A stretch of DNA of 64,000 nucleotides. Origin: Octopus vulgaris. Its lineage: Eukaryota. Location of the stretch: NCBI GenBank assembly GCA_951406725.2, contig OX597819.1:104966001-105030000 (forward strand), given 5' to 3'. Both the position numbers and the translations under genes were made by a program. This document shows, one piece after another, positions 1 through 15,600 of the stretch. Numbering within the stretch: the first letter of the stretch is position 1; every line of letters begins with the position of its first letter. Under the pieces are notes generated by a model, which was not told the DNA's origin, did no database searches, and worked only from the letters and a program-made list of their open reading frames with translations.

Positions 1-523
1 GCCTAAGTTTATAACAGAAGAACTTTTATTATATTCTGTTAAATGAAAATACCTTTCTAGTTCTAATTTGAAAATGAGAAAAAAAAAATAAAGGGAAAAG
101 AAATGGCCATATGACAAGCATGTTGGGAACAAAGATAATATGTATTTATATAATGATAATATCACATGCATTTCTTAAGTCCTTCTCCCCAACAATCTAA
201 ATACATAAATTAGACCATTATTTAAAAAAAAAAAAATAACAGAGTCTCTCTTTCTTTTGTGAAAAGTAAAATGAAATAAAAATGCCAGCAGAATAAATGT
301 AATTTATCTGATAAGAAAATACGAGGCTAACTTAAATCAGGGCAGTTATTCACCCAACCAAGGTCACCATCTGAAGTCTGAAATGCAAAGACACCATTCA
401 ACAACACAACCATCTCTATCTTTGTCTCTTCTTCCACTGATGTGTGCCCTTGGGAGCTGTGGACTGCTGTTTATGTTCAGTAGCTGTGAGGGAAACGATG
501 GAGGGGAGGGGGGTGTTACAAAA
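1..523 (-). other. 3' UTR (at least in part) of the dynein intermediate chain gene
   Basis: Lies directly after the TAA at 524-526 and is U-rich on the minus strand. The poly(A) site was not located. Confidence 0.7.
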
Positions 524-652
524 TTACCGCAGTGGCACTGTCATTGATCCCATAAACGAAGAATCTTCTTCTCGTTCAGCAGCATGACTCTTCAGTTCTT
601 GCAACGTCTGTCGGAAACATGACCATTCATCGTTCTTTGGATTGGCAATATG
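524..652 (-). CDS. DYNC1I2: DIC terminal coding exon ([42 protein letters not shown])
   Basis: Pyrimidine-rich TAG acceptor, 43 codons including TAA, and the conserved PxxDEW C-terminal motif. Confidence 0.93.
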   Translation of the reverse strand, partial: HIANPKNDEWSCFRQTLQELKSHAAEREEDSSFMGSMTVPLR

Positions 653-3600
653 CTAGAGGAGAAAAAGAAAAATTCATATGAAGAAAGCATTTAGCAAACA
701 CAAGTACTGCACACACACACACACACACACAGCCTTATTACACACCCTCACAATTTTATTTTCATTTGTCAACTACACAACTCCTTGTCTTACATGACTA
801 ACAATCTCTCCAGGTGACACCATACAGGTGTGTTCAGAGTTTCTTTGAATGATTGTTAGTTAGGTGTGGAATAATACAATGCCTACATAAATAGTTATAT
901 TGATGTGCAGGGGTAGAAAAAGAAAACGTTTAAGAATAAAAAAAGAAGGTAAAGTAAATCACCAACCTCGCCCACATCATAAACATTAATACGTCCATTG
1001 TCATCACCAGCTGCAATATGATGTCCACTTTGGTGCCATCTACACCGATTTAGAGCAACATTATTATCAGAAACAGCTGTAGCAGTTGGGACCTGTAATA
1101 CACAGAATATAATAACTTTTAGATAAAGGTAGAAGCTTTGAATATTTTCATGAATCTTAGGTCTTGTTATAGTAATGTTGGGTGTGTAAACCCTTGCATG
1201 TACAAAGGGATGCTGAAAAGTTCCTAGTTTGGGGTAAAAAAAAAAAAATACAGGAGGATCAGTTAATTATGATTTTATTCAACATATTCCCCTCTCAGAT
1301 TCACACTCTTATTGCAGCAGTCCTTCAGTTTTTCTAAGTCCTGTAAAAGAACTAGGAATATTGGTCCTCCAACCAGGCCTTTTGTGATACCCTTAAAGGC
1401 AGGAACGTTTTCAGCGTCTCTTCATATATGTACATAACCACGAATATAGGTGTGTATGTATACACAGAAACACATACATACACTAAATCTATTTCTTTGT
1501 TTCATCATGCAAAATGTAACAGACTTAAAAGACCAGCTTTATAGCTTTAATTACCTCAGTTTCGTTATTAAGGTGCCACAAATCCAGTCGGCCCATTCCA
1601 TCAACACTAGCAAACATGGCTGGGTGTATGGGAGACCACTGTACATCATAGACGTAGTCACTGTTGTCTTCAAATGAATGGATGTATTTCGAATCCTGCA
1701 AGAAATGAAAAGAACCAATTGATAACATAAATAACCCAGCTTAGATACAATCAGTGTTAGGACTTCATTTAATAATGGAAGACTGAAATGAAAAGGATAC
1801 TAAAGAATAAAAAGATATTAAACATACAAAGGTACTTATGTGGGATGTCAGTACAGAGACTGAAGTATTGGTGACACAGGTACAATTAGTAAGTAAAGTC
1901 CACTAATCTAAGAAGCAGTAGGGCATACAGTATATCAAACAACTGTTGAAGCTTTTGAGTACAGCTTGGATGAAATGGATTCTACTGTTGAGTTATACAC
2001 TACATAAAAACATAATTTTAAGAGGTACAGCAACAATGCAGTGGTTTAGAAAATGTTATCATCATTTTAGTCCCACTTTCCATACTAGCATGACTTGGAT
2101 TGGTTATCACAGTCTCAGTGAATTTTTATTTGGAGTTACTGCACTCCTACACGAACTTGGAACCAGATTTCACATAAAGTTTTCTTGACACAGTTTCTAC
2201 AGCTAGCTGTTCTTCCTAAAAATCAACCAAATTACATGGTGTACTAAATGCATTTTATTGTAATACCAGCACTAGACAGGCTGTCATCTCAACAAGACAA
2301 GACTAAGTGTCTTCTTAACACCTACATTCTTTTTTTTTATCATTCCACAATCCCATTACAGAGTGTATTGTGTGGGTGTATTTTATCACAGTACTAGCAC
2401 TAATGAGGTTGCCTTGAACTCTGCAAGACAAAAGGATTCTCACTGCTCAATATTTGTATAGAATAATATGATCAAGACAAGCAATTGTAGTTAAGTTTCT
2501 TGCTCAGGGATTGATAGAACTTAAACACTGAACAACCAGAAGCAAAAGTGTGTTGCCCACAATTCAGGGAGCCAAATAATAATTTGTTTTTGATTTAAGC
2601 ACCAGGCCAGCAATTTTAGAAAGAAGGATGGTTGGCAGAACTGATGCCAGTATCTGACTGGCACTTTATTTTGTCAACCCTTAGAGAGATGAAAGGCATG
2701 GGATTTGAAGTTAGACTTAGATTTGAACTCAATAAACCAGAAAAAAACTGCAAGGTATTTTGTTGTGCACTCAAATAATTCTGCCCATCCAGTCCACTTG
2801 ACCCTTTAACATTCAGATTACTCTATCAGCAGTAATGCTTATTTATGTACATTGTTTTGAAGTAATCATATACTGTTATGTAACTATGAAATTTTCCTGA
2901 GGTAATTGTTAATTTTTTAGAACGATATTGTAGGATTGGTGAGAAACCAAATCTGGCCAGTTTGAACAACATAAAGCAGGTAGAATATTTTGGCCAGATA
3001 TGGTCAGTTTAAATGCTAAAGCATTAAATAATAATGATGATTATGTTTGTGATGAAGATTCCTCCTTTCTTTGCTTATTTAAAAGAAGTTAATATTCAAT
3101 AAATACATCATCCAAAACAAGCCAGCACGAAGAAATAATATGAGATGATGACAATACTGAACCACAGAGAAAAAAAAGAAGACTTAAAGCATTACACATC
3201 CTAGTTTACTCAGAATAGGGAAATGAAATGTAGCATGCAATCCCCTTCCCTACCCATACTTCTACTGTAACTTCCAGAGGCTCTTTCTCTCAAATGTTCT
3301 CATCCTGCCTCATTTTCTCTCATTGCCACCCATCAATAGCTTCTACACCTTCTTCATACTTCCCCACCTCAGGACTATTTCCATGAACCCCACACGTCTC
3401 CTTTCTTCAAGGAATCTAAAGATTCTTCACTCTGATCTACTGCTCCTCCCCAGCCCTCTTTCCTTTGCACCTTCTGCCCATAAACACACACCCTTATAAG
3501 GTAGGATTGCCCTAGACCCTCCCCTACACAACCCACCTTATCATCTTTCCATCACACTTCTCAATAATCCCTGTCACTAATCCCTTTCTTTTCCTCTATT

Positions 3601-6600
3601 CTCTTTTATATCCCCACCCACTTTCGATTATCACCCTTTGCAACTATAAATCTATTACCCACCTACAATCATCAAATACTATTTTTCTATTCTCACTCAG
3701 TTATAGGGGCCAATTTGAGCCCTTGGCCTTGCAAATTACAAGGCACTCTTCACTACTACAAGTTCCATGAGCAAAGCACCCAGTGCACTCTGTACATTAG
3801 TTGGCATTAGGAAGGACATCCAGCCATAGGAACTATGCCAAAATAGATACTGAAGCATGCTGCAGTCTTCTAACTCATCAAATGCTATCAAACCATCCAA
3901 CCCATGGCAGCATGGAGGACAAGCATTAAATGATGATGATGAAAACGATGGACTTACTCGATTACTCCACAGCTTAATGGTCCAGTCAAAAGACGATGTC
4001 AGGAAGTATGGAGAGAAATCTATCTGACCAGGTACATTGTGGCAATCAATTCCAGTCACAGGGCCTTGGTGACCCTCAAAGGACTCAGTTATACCAGCTT
4101 TACTGAAATAAATAATACACAGATTATATAACACACAAGTTTCGTACAAACTTCAATCTATCAGTTTAGGTTAAAGTTATATTAACTAAAAGCAAGCTAA
4201 GATTTGCCAATACTTATATATATCAGTTTTAAATTGTAGACATAATGACACCAAGGTACTGGAATATCTTTATAGTTGATCATTAGTAGTTACCTAGATC
4301 ATAAAGAGCTGGAAAAATACTACAAAGTATTTTGTCCAATGGTCTAATGATTCTACTAATCCATCACCTTTAATAATAACAACGATGATGATGAGAATCA
4401 GATGCCTTCACAGTGGCAGAGAATGACAGAAACTTTCCTTAACATACAAAACACTTCTAGCTCCTTCACTGAAACTGAGACAAGAGACAGAAGAAATCTC
4501 AACTGATCCGCCACATTACATTTGATACTGTGTGAGAAGCCTGCCGTTCAGAATAGAAACTGACATGACCTCAGGATCCACAACCTACACATCAATGCAT
4601 GCAGTACACCACTTGTGGCAAGATGAGCATCTAGTATAAAATCCTGCCTCCAATAATTCTCTGCTCAGTCTATGACAGCAAGGAAAAACAGACATTAAAT
4701 AAATGAGTGTTCTTTACTTTTCTTTAGTGATTTTTTCATCCTGTATAGTATATAGAGTACAGGCATTCTATACAGGGATTTAAAATTTTTAACTGGATTA
4801 ATAAAGATCAAATAAATCTACTTTAGTAGTGTATTAATTTGTTTCTATTAAATATAGTTTCACTCTTTACTTCTCGTTGTTTATTTTATAAAAGTATATA
4901 TGTAGCCTGTATCTAGAAATCCAGACATCCTCTGGTACCTGAGCCTACTGGATAAGTGGCTTTGTGTGTGTACTATTTTCCAACAAAACTAAATCGATTT
5001 TCATAAACTGAACTGTATGTAAATTATTCTGTTTAATTTAAGCACTGTTAAAGTTTCTTCACTGCTAGTATTAATAGAAATGGGTTATGAGAACAAATCA
5101 GACAAACTGTTCCATTGAGTAGATAGATTATAGTTAATTTTGAAACAGCTCAGAAAAAAATAACATTTACAAACCTGCCATGCCGAGATGCTGTGTAAAC
5201 TGTGCAGTCTTCACTACCAACAACAAAGTTGTTAACGTCTCCAGCTAAGAAGGAGAAACAAGTCACAGCAACTGCTTTGCTTTGACGATGTTGAAGTTCC
5301 ATGCTGTCCTACAATATAAGACAAAAGAGAAATAGTTCTTAGAATACAGACATCTATTCACTGACAAATCGCTTTAAATATTTTATGTTAATGTTGTTTA
5401 CCCCTTCATTATCTAGATCTATGGTCAAAAACAGTTCTATCAATCATCCTGCCTTTTTAAGGCTATCTTGGACTATATTATCCCACATGTCCTTCCTTGT
5501 TGAAGTCAGTAGGTTGTGATTTGAGGGAGATATAGTTGCTATTTCAAATAGGTCAAACAATTGTCTTAGATGGCCCTTAATCAACCTATAAGCTTAACTA
5601 TCTTCATAAGATCTCAGTTCCTCCAAAGAGTCATCATCATTGCTGCCATTATTGGCATAATCAGGTCGAGCTTTCTCAGATATGCATGATTCTGTTCATA
5701 TATTCATCTCTACCTTCCATGCTGTCTGATATTTCTTCTCAATGGCATCCAAAATTATCTGTTAATTGATAGGCATATGTCTTCACAGCGCAGCTAACCT
5801 GATTACAACTATAAGTTTATATGTAATATTCACAGTTATGATCTACATATATAACTAATATTTCGCCAATTCCAGAACACAAAGAAGGAACTTGAACTTG
5901 GTTCAGTTTGTGAAATATCTCCAACTATTTATTATTCAGCCACCGTCATATTATGTAATTACACCAGGAAATTACTAGTACTTCAGAGCATGTTAACAAT
6001 CAACTGGAGTAAACCTAGTCAACTACCACAATCCCCTCCTCTAGTCCCTTCTACACTAAATATGAGTTTCCAGTTGGCTAATTAATCCTAAACTAGAAGC
6101 AGAGGTATCCACAGAATGTTTATAATGGAGCAACATTAACTAATACCTCCTTCCTTTCAATGTCCATTGCATTCTTCCAACAAGAAAAATTTACCAAATG
6201 GAATGTTAGGGAAATTGAAGAATGTAATGGAGTAATTAATATAATTTATAGCCGAGAATGTGAATTAACAAAGCTAGAGAAAATTAACATAATTTAGAGT
6301 CAGGCAAGTGACACATGACAATCCAAAGATCCAAACTCTGTGTCTCAATGGCAATACAATAAGAAAAATAATAAACTTCTTACTTGAGGTTGTGATAACA
6401 TGTCCAAACTCCAGCAACAGATCTTGCCATCGGTCGACACACTGATTAAATTGTGAGCATTCTGGGTTCCAACTACTTTGATGCAATAAACAGGATGCTG
6501 TCAAACAAATAAATAAATTAATTAATTAAAGTGAACAAATGGCAGAAATGTTAAACATATTTAAGCTCTCTCTATAACATTTATCATCATCATCGTCGTC

Positions 6601-9600
6601 ATCGTTTAATGTCCGCTTTCCATGCTGGCATGAGTTGGACGGTTTGACAGAGGGCTGGCAAGCCAAATGGCTGCACCAGGATCCAATCTGATCTGGCAAA
6701 GTTTCTACAGTTGGATGCCCTTCCTAACGCCAACCTCTCCAAAAGTGTAGTGGGTGCTTTTTACATGCCACCAGTGCAAACTAATAACAGGCGCGTGTGT
6801 GTGTGTGTGCATAATGTGCACACATCTACATCTGCATTCTCTGGTATAGATTAGGCAGGTTATGTCAGTTCAAATCAGTTCTCATTCAGGGCTACTGCTC
6901 TCCTAAAGCAGATCAGAGAGCCCCATCTCGATTGTATATTTCACTTTGTGGCTTGGTTTCTACAGCTTGAAATACTTTTTATCATCATCTACTTTACTAT
7001 GTGTACTGGGTACATTTTCTCATGGCACTGGCGCTAATGAGGTTGCTTTATACCCCTGTACTGGTGTATTTAGTCTCAGTGAGGCTGCCTTGTACTCCGT
7101 TCTGGCATACATGGTGCCAGTACTAGAGGGGTTGCCCTGTACTACATGCTAGTAGTCCATAGTGCCAGTATTAGTAGGGTTGCCATATAACTCTTAAGAT
7201 TGAAGTGTCCTCATTGCCCTATGATGTGTCTGGTTGCTCAAGCCATATGTAAAATGACAAAGTAGGAAAAAAAAAACACACAAACAATATAAAATCCCAT
7301 AAAAATGTTCTGGTTGAAAATATAGCACTGTTCACATCCAGAATATCTAAATTTACATTCAGTACTAACAGTGAATCTGCACATATGTGCATACATTTAC
7401 CTGTATTGTGTCAGCATCTTTGCACCACATATGATTGCACATGTACGAGTGTAAGCCTACTTTTGGGTGGTATAAATACACCTTGAGTGAGTGAGATCTA
7501 GCATAGGCTTGGGCAGACCTAAGTTTTGTGAGTGAAATGGAGTAGATGGAAAATATGCAAAAACTCTTTTAATGGATTGTAGCTGTAACTGACAAAAGCA
7601 AACCTTTTCATGCTATCATACTGATTCTGCTCACATCAAGGTAAAAATGTTTGTGGAATACTCAACCACTTACACTCTAATGAGTAGGTAGTATTGTTGA
7701 TTAAACAGCTGGGATACTTACTGACACAGTCACAAGATTAATTTATTTTTTACATATCAAAGTAAAGTAATTAAAAGTAGTGGTATCACCTTCCTCTAAC
7801 TTGAGTATATGCTCTGACACATCTTCATCATTAACTTCTCTCTCTTCCAACAAGAATAACCATGTGTCTCCCCTACAGCAAGACATCTATTCTTGACTCT
7901 TTATCATGCTTTAACCCCTGATTACCAAGTATAAAGGCACTGCCCTCAGTGCTACACCCCACTTAGTGAAGGAATCTTGTCATGTAAGTTATTTGGTGAC
8001 CTCACTTGATGCTAGTGCCATGTAAAAAGCACCAAGTACACTCTGCAAAGTAGTTGACATTAGCAAGGGCACCCAGCCATAGAAACCATGCCAAAACAAA
8101 TACTAGAATTCAAGACAGTCACCAGCTCCTATTGAGCTGTCCAACCCATGCCAGATTGGGAATCAGACATTAAATGGTGATAATGAGTAATGACAGGTAA
8201 ACAATGAAGACTAAACAAGACAATATGGTGGAGTAAGAGATAATATTTGAAGGAAATTAGTGCAGTGTTACTGTACTTACCGTGTGAGCAGCTGCAGTGA
8301 GTGGAGTACGTTGGACAGGAGTTCGTTTATTGACTCTGTTGTCCCACAGAACAATTTGGCCAGAATAGGTGCCTCCAACTACCAAATTTGGGTGGAAATT
8401 GGCAAAACAGCTTGACATCACAGCAGACTAGAGTGAAGTGGGTATAAAAAAGAAAGAACAAAGAATGATTAACAAATATTACATATACAAACGTACAAAT
8501 GTAAGATGACAGTTCTAAAAGATATGTAAATGATATTCAACCAAGTTTCAACATACACTTTTTGTGTAGACTAACTTTTGCAGTCATCATCATCATCATC
8601 GTTTAGCGTCCGCTTTCCATGCTAGCATGGATTGGACACAATACTAAATATTTAAACTTCAGTGCATGTTCCATCTGGCATGGGAACTACAAAAGAGGCC
8701 ACAATTAAGATTTGAGTATAGCAGGAATGTTACAATTGGACAAAATAAGGTTAAAATAAGCTGAAGGACTGAGGAAATTTAAAATGTCACCCCAACTGCC
8801 TCCTGTGTCGATGGCACATAAAAAGCACCCACTACATTCTCGGAGTGGTTGTTGTTAGGAAGGGCATCAAGCTGTAGAAACATTGCCAAATCAGATTGGA
8901 GCCTGGTGGGGCCTCCTGGCTTGCCAGACCCCAGTCAAACTGTCCAACCCATGCCAGCATGGAAAACGGATGTTAAACAATGATGATGATGATTCTCGAC
9001 AGCTTTTGTCAGTGACTTAATGACACATGTGACAAACGACTGAAAGAAACTTACTGACTGATCTCATGCAAAACAATTTCACATCTCATTACATATCAAC
9101 TGTAAGTTTTGATGACTTAAAAAATAAGACAGAAAAATGTTTCTGACCTACCTGACAGTGAAATGTAAATTCAGGTGTGTCTTTCTTGAACTTGGAGTTC
9201 CAGACTAATACCACACCATCTGGATCATGTGGAGATTCTTCGTTGGCATTATAAGAAGCAACTAACAATTCAGGATGCTGAAAAACAAACATGAAATCCA
9301 TTAGAATAATAATTTGTGGTGTTTCTAATAGTAGAGAGAGGGTTTAAAGAGTTATGCCATAGTTCTTGCCAAAACTAACACTATATGTTAAATATAAAGT
9401 AAATATGAATCAAATACAAATTGTTTTAATTATAATACAGCTTAATCTGTAAAATGGTTCACTCCCTGACGTTTCTAGGAGATATTACAAGGACACATAT
9501 TCCAGGTATATGAAGAAATACTATTTTTAAAATTATATATAGTTTAATTTATTATACATTTTTAAGATTACTGTAGGGGTTTATCTGGTAATGAAACTGG

Positions 9601-12600
9601 TCCAGTTAAATATGTTCACAAAATAGGTGTTAAGAAAAGTTATGTAATTATAACTGGGTTTAAATTTTTGAAGAATATTCCAAATTTGACCAACTGAAGC
9701 CCTACTAAACCAAATGGAGACATACTGTGTACAAGGCATCTCACCTCCAGTGCTGATGGTACGATGGAACCAACTATGTTCATTTAAAAGTGAATAGTGA
9801 GCAAGGCTACAATGAGCGAAGTTACCTATCTAGTACTAGTGCCATGTAAAATGTACCAAGTACACAAAGTGATTGCCAAACGAGCAGGAAAAGTTTAGGT
9901 TATGAGATCCTTTCAATTCTGCCTTGCTGAGGTGCTATGAGAAAATTCACCTCGTAAAGGTGCATACTCTCTCTGTACAGGGATTATGCCAAAGGAAGGG
10001 AATCCAACCTCAGAAACCAAGATATATGGCATGTACAAGCTCTAGTCTTTAGAAGCAGTAGCTCCCAATAAGAAAAATTACTTGGACTGTGATAATTCAT
10101 CCAACCTATGCTAGCATAGAAAGTAGGAGTCGGCAGCAATGATATTTTGTATGATGAAAAATTAGACAAAAGGGAAAGAAATAGAAGCCATCATCATCGT
10201 CAACATTTAATGTCTCTTTTCCATACTGGCATGGGTTGGACGGTTTGACAGGAACTAGTAAGGTTAGGGGCTGCACCAGGTTTGATTTCTATGGCTGGAT
10301 TCCCATCCTAATACCAACAACTTTAGAGAGTGTATTGGGTACTTTTTACAGGACACCACCAGCATAAACACCAATATTTTTTTATGTAGCACCTTGGTTT
10401 TAGGGCCCCAGGCACCTTGGTAAGTATTACTTTAAAAAATTTTAAAAATTGAAAATATTATCATTTGAGAAAATTGTTATGAAAAGAGACAGCATGGAGA
10501 TAATTGAAGAGAAAACAATAATAAAAAAACAAGGTAAAATAATATTAAGTATATAATAAGTCTCACTGAAATTTCAAATTAGAAAGAACAAACCTGAGTT
10601 GACCAATCCAAACTAGTAATGGTTCGATGCTTTGACCATCTTTCATCAAAGAAATATCTGTTTAATTTCAGACGATCTCCAGCAAACTGGTCACTGAAAG
10701 AAGAAGATTAGATAAAGAGTCAACCCCCAAAAAATAATGGAACGTGATGAGGATGGTAGTAAAGCATCTCTAAATCTTTCATATGAAAAATATATAAATT
10801 GTAATTGACTCAGGGAAATACTCAGCAACAATTTATAGAAATGAAAATTTCTTGGATATAAAACTAATGTATATTTTCAGAAATGACACAATCCTTAGAT
10901 TTCTGCATTATATCTAGTTTTCTTTCTTGTTACTTCCTTCAATAATTTATATAAAAATAAAACTGAAATTATACTGCATCATGCTATAATGAAAAAAAAA
11001 ACTTTGGAAAATAGGTTTAAATTTATAAGATTGTTTTGAGCAACTTCACATGTACTGAAGGGTTTGTCAAGTAGAAATTTATACACAAAATATTACTTAC
11101 TCATCTTTGCCTTCTTTATCACTACCAACATAATCAATGTACATATCTGTCTCATTTTCAGCAAGTACACGCTCAACAAGACGAGATGAACGATTGAAGA
11201 AATTCTGGAAATCTTCAGAAGACAAGATCTGTTTCCTCTCATCGTCACTCAGTTCTTTGACTGAGAGTAATGGTAATAAAACAATGGTAATAGAGTCATA
11301 GTTAAAAACTTGAGTAGATTGTTCAGTTTATGAGAGAAAAATATAACAAACACAACTATAACAATGATTTCTACCTTCTATGACTAGTTTTGTCATGCTA
11401 AGTCACATGGTATTGCAATAAGTTAACATTTAAAGATTGCTACATGACCAGGAGATGAAACAGTGGTGTGTTGCACCTTGTAAAATTACAATACATGCTG
11501 AACTTGAGACTAAAGACTTAACAGAATCCACAAGTTAATCTAAATGTATGTGTCTAGCAACAAGTGAAATCATGACAGTTTTACTTTTCTATTTGACCTC
11601 ACAATTCCTTACTACAATAGCCACTAATAGACAAAATCTCTAATTACAACACAAATATAGAATAAAACACTGATCTTGGGTTACTGTTGATCTTAAAACC
11701 TCCTGCTACAAAATTTACTGCAGGATCTCCAATGACATCAGCTCCACAGCTAATCCTACAACCTATATAATTCAAAACCCGTTGGTCCACACTATTCTCT
11801 TTCTCTTATTACTGTTATTTCATACATTACAGACCAGATACAAAATAGCTGATCAATTTGTTTCTTAACTACTCTCAACTGCATCTTCTGGAAGCACCTC
11901 ATATCCTTGATAGTTCAAATTATATTCTGATCTCTTAGTCTATGAAAGTCTAGGATGCTTGACTGGTACTTCATTGACTCTGGAAGGATGAAAGGTAAAG
12001 ACATCCCAACAGGATTTGAACCCAAAAGATGAAAAGCTAGAATAAATACTGAAGGTATTCTGTCTGAAGTTCTAACAATTCAGTCAATTCACCAGCATTA
12101 ATAATAATACCATCCACCTTTATTTTATTTGTTTACTTTTCAATTTTTAAAAATGTTTTTCCTTTTTCTCTATCACATGACTTTCTCTATCACTGGTGTG
12201 CTTCTTTTAGTGGCCTACCAATGTATACAATACATTTCTCTGCCCTATGTGTCAGGAAGACACTTGGAAAGAAATAGAAACAGAATTGAAAGAGGATGCT
12301 AATGAAAATAATGATAATAATAACACAGCAAATATTCTGCTCAATACCACAGATTTGCTTGTCAGCTGTTTGACCTGAACTAATTGAGCATGTCCCTTAG
12401 TGGCTGACAATATGTGCATCGCCATGTGTTGAAAAGAATTCTTTGGGATTTGGATAATTCACCTTTAGAAACCTATGTTTCATTCAACATCCTTAAACAA
12501 CCTTATTCAGGGACCTTTTTTAGCTGGGTCCCACCTGCAAGGTCAAGTGCTGTTTATCATGATATGAGATCACCATGTCATGCACAAATGATTGTGATGC

Positions 12601-15600
12601 ATGTGCCTGGTGTACCATTATCAGACATTTAGTCATGATGGGTATACTGGGCTTCGTATATTTTACCCCAGTGTCATTTTGATGGCATGCACTGCTCTCT
12701 CACTCAATAATAGTAATAGTTTCAAATTTTGCTACAGGGCCAGAATAATTCTTTCTAAAATAGGCACAAGGCCTAACATTTTAGAGGAAGGAGCTATTCA
12801 ATAACATACATATTTATTTCATTAACTCTGAATGGATGAAAGGCAAAGCTGGCCAGGATGAAATTTGAACTCAGAATGTAAAGATGGAAAAAATACTGCT
12901 AAACATTTCATCTAGAGTGCCAACAATTCCGTCAGCTTGCCACCTTTATAAAATAATGGTTTCAAATTTTGGCACAAAGCCAGCAATTTCAGGTTAGTCG
13001 ATTATATTGACCCTAATGTTCAACGGGCACTCATTTTATCGACCCTAGTGTTCAACTAGCACTTATTTTATCGACCCCGAAAGGATAAATGGCAAAGTTG
13101 ACCCTGACAGCATTTGAACTCAGAACGTAAAGTTGGAAGAAATGTCGCTAAGCATTTTGTCCAGGATGGTAAAGATTTTGCCTTAATAATGATAATTTTG
13201 AAATCCATTTCTAGCATAGGCACAAAGCTAGAAACTTGGAGTGAGGAGGTTAGTCAATTAAAGAGACCACAATAATTTGCTGGTACTTCATTTTACTGAC
13301 CCTGAAAGAATGAAAGACAAAGTTAACCCCAGTGAGATCTGAGATTAGAAAGTAAAGAATTGGAACAAATATCACAAGCCATTTTGTCCAATACTCCAGT
13401 GATTCTGCCAACCCAATATACCTGATGATAATAATTCTTCCTACTATAGGCAGAAGGCCTTAAATTTAGTTGGTGGGGGGTAGTCGATTACATCAGTCCC
13501 AGTGCTTGACTGGTGCTTATTTTATTAATCCCGAAAGGGTGAAAAGCAAAAATCAACCTTGGTGGAATCTGAACTCAGAATGTAAAGCCAGAAGTAACGC
13601 CAGCATGTTAATGATTCTTCTAGCCCACCTTAATGACGATTATAGTGGAGATGATGATGATGGTCCTGATGATAAAAATGATTGCAGAGAAGAAGAAAAT
13701 GAAGGTAATTCATAATAGTGATGAAATAGTTTACTTACTCCATTTTTCAACTTTTGACTCTTGCTCAATTTCTTGCTGTGTCTTGGCAGGCTGCACCATC
13801 TCAACATGTGGCATCTTGTGTTGATGAGCAGGTGTTGTTTCACTGGAAGCTTCCACAGAGTCCGTGTCGTCATCTGTGTGCCCATTATCGTCATAAACAA
13901 GAACTAAATGGTTAATAATTTCAAAGGCTGTCCCCATACTCTTGAACAAGGGTCAAATTTTAAACAAGTTATTTACTACATTGCATGTATGTGTGTACAC
14001 ACACACACAAGCAGACACACACGCAGACACACAAATACATGTGCACTCATATACATAAATATTAATACATTCTCCAGATAAACATCAAAATGAAAAAAGA
14101 TTTAAAATGCAATAAAACTGATAAAATGAATTAAACATTTTTTTAAAAATAAATTTACTTTACATTTCTTTGTGGCAGTGAAAAGTATGGGGAAAGAATA
14201 AATTTTCAAATTACAAGTATGGGGAAAGAATAAATTTTCAAATTACGTTTCTACCTTAATTCTTTGAGCTTAACCTTACAACCTGCCCTCCTAACCAGAC
14301 CAATCTACTTGGCTATCATAAGTTACACCTATGTTTATTGAGTTGAGCTCCTACAAATCTGATAACATTATCAGATGTATATATATATATATATAACATT
14401 TACAAGTTGCCAGTTTTAGCTTTGATGTATATTGTTTTGAAATACATATTTTCTCCAGAATTATAAGATTTTGAATAAACTTTCCAAAAATGCTTAGGAA
14501 AAACTCGAGATTAAAAAATTATATATATTATTTGAAAATATATTATTTAAAATCAGATAGCAATTAATATTATTATAATTATTTTAAATATTAATGTGTA
14601 AATTTAATTAATACAAGTAAGCGCTGACAGAATTAAGAAAATAAATAGCATTTTTACATATGTAATACTTAGTAACATTTTTTAATAGCAGACATCATAT
14701 CACATAGCTGCATCTACAGGCTATTATTGACTCAAACTGAATAAAATGTGAAGTTTACATTAGAATTAAGCTTAGGCAGAGTAGAGCTGGCATGCCACAA
14801 GGTTATAAAATGCTGGAGAAATGCAAGATAGCACAGAAGCAGTGGATTTATTTTTTGTATTTTTTTTTAGCAGATCTTGATTTTTAGTAGGAAAGCAATG
14901 ATATATAAAAAAAATTGAAATAAAATACTGGCCTTCTGTGAATAAACAGAAGTAGTATATAGCAATTATTCGTTAGCTTTGGCTAAAGCAGCCCAAGGCC
15001 AGAACTAGTTACAGGCCTTTCTTGATTTTCTTTTTCAGTTTTGTCAAAAGACACACACACACACACTCTCTCTCTCTCTCTCTCTTTCTATATATAAATG
15101 AAAGATAAATCCCTGGAAAATATGCACACACACACACACAAACACACATATATGTGCAGAAATTTAATCATTTGTCTTCTGAAGATGTGAGAGTTTATCT
15201 GCTGATTTCCTCATCCAATCATTGTATGAATATGCATCCAAGAAGATATGATTATTACACATAAACTGCTACTTCTATTCTCTCATAAAACTAAAATTAG
15301 TCGGCCATTTTAGATATTTACTTCACATTTTAATACACCATGTCTCTCAGTTTAACTATAAAAACAATGCTCACAACTTAATAAACTGAACCAACACAAG
15401 ACTGACACTAATTGGTATTACCAAACAAACACCACTGAACCATTTCAATAATAACCACATTTACACACAGAAACTCTATAATTAGTATTATATCCTATAG
15501 CTCCATTCAAAGTATATTTTGATATTGCCATAAAACCACCTTCATGGTTTTCTTGATCTTGTCCACAGATGTTACTCAAAGTTTTCAATATGCAGATATA

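Noticed and set aside
3240-3660. C/T-skewed tract with faint Penelope-like protein similarity (LFPxxPxVSF..RNLKD)
   Set aside because: Too degenerate to support without a profile search.
12700-13625. Regularly spaced repeats that superficially resemble a CRISPR array
   Set aside because: Eukaryotic tandem SINE copies of about 200 bp with (AAT)n tails; no unique spacers and no cas genes.
14790-14830. Strong UGC-rich acceptor with an 8-nt B-like motif (tgccacaa)
   Set aside because: No convincing in-frame donor; the 8-mer also occurs in a SINE tail (about 37071), so it is uninformative.
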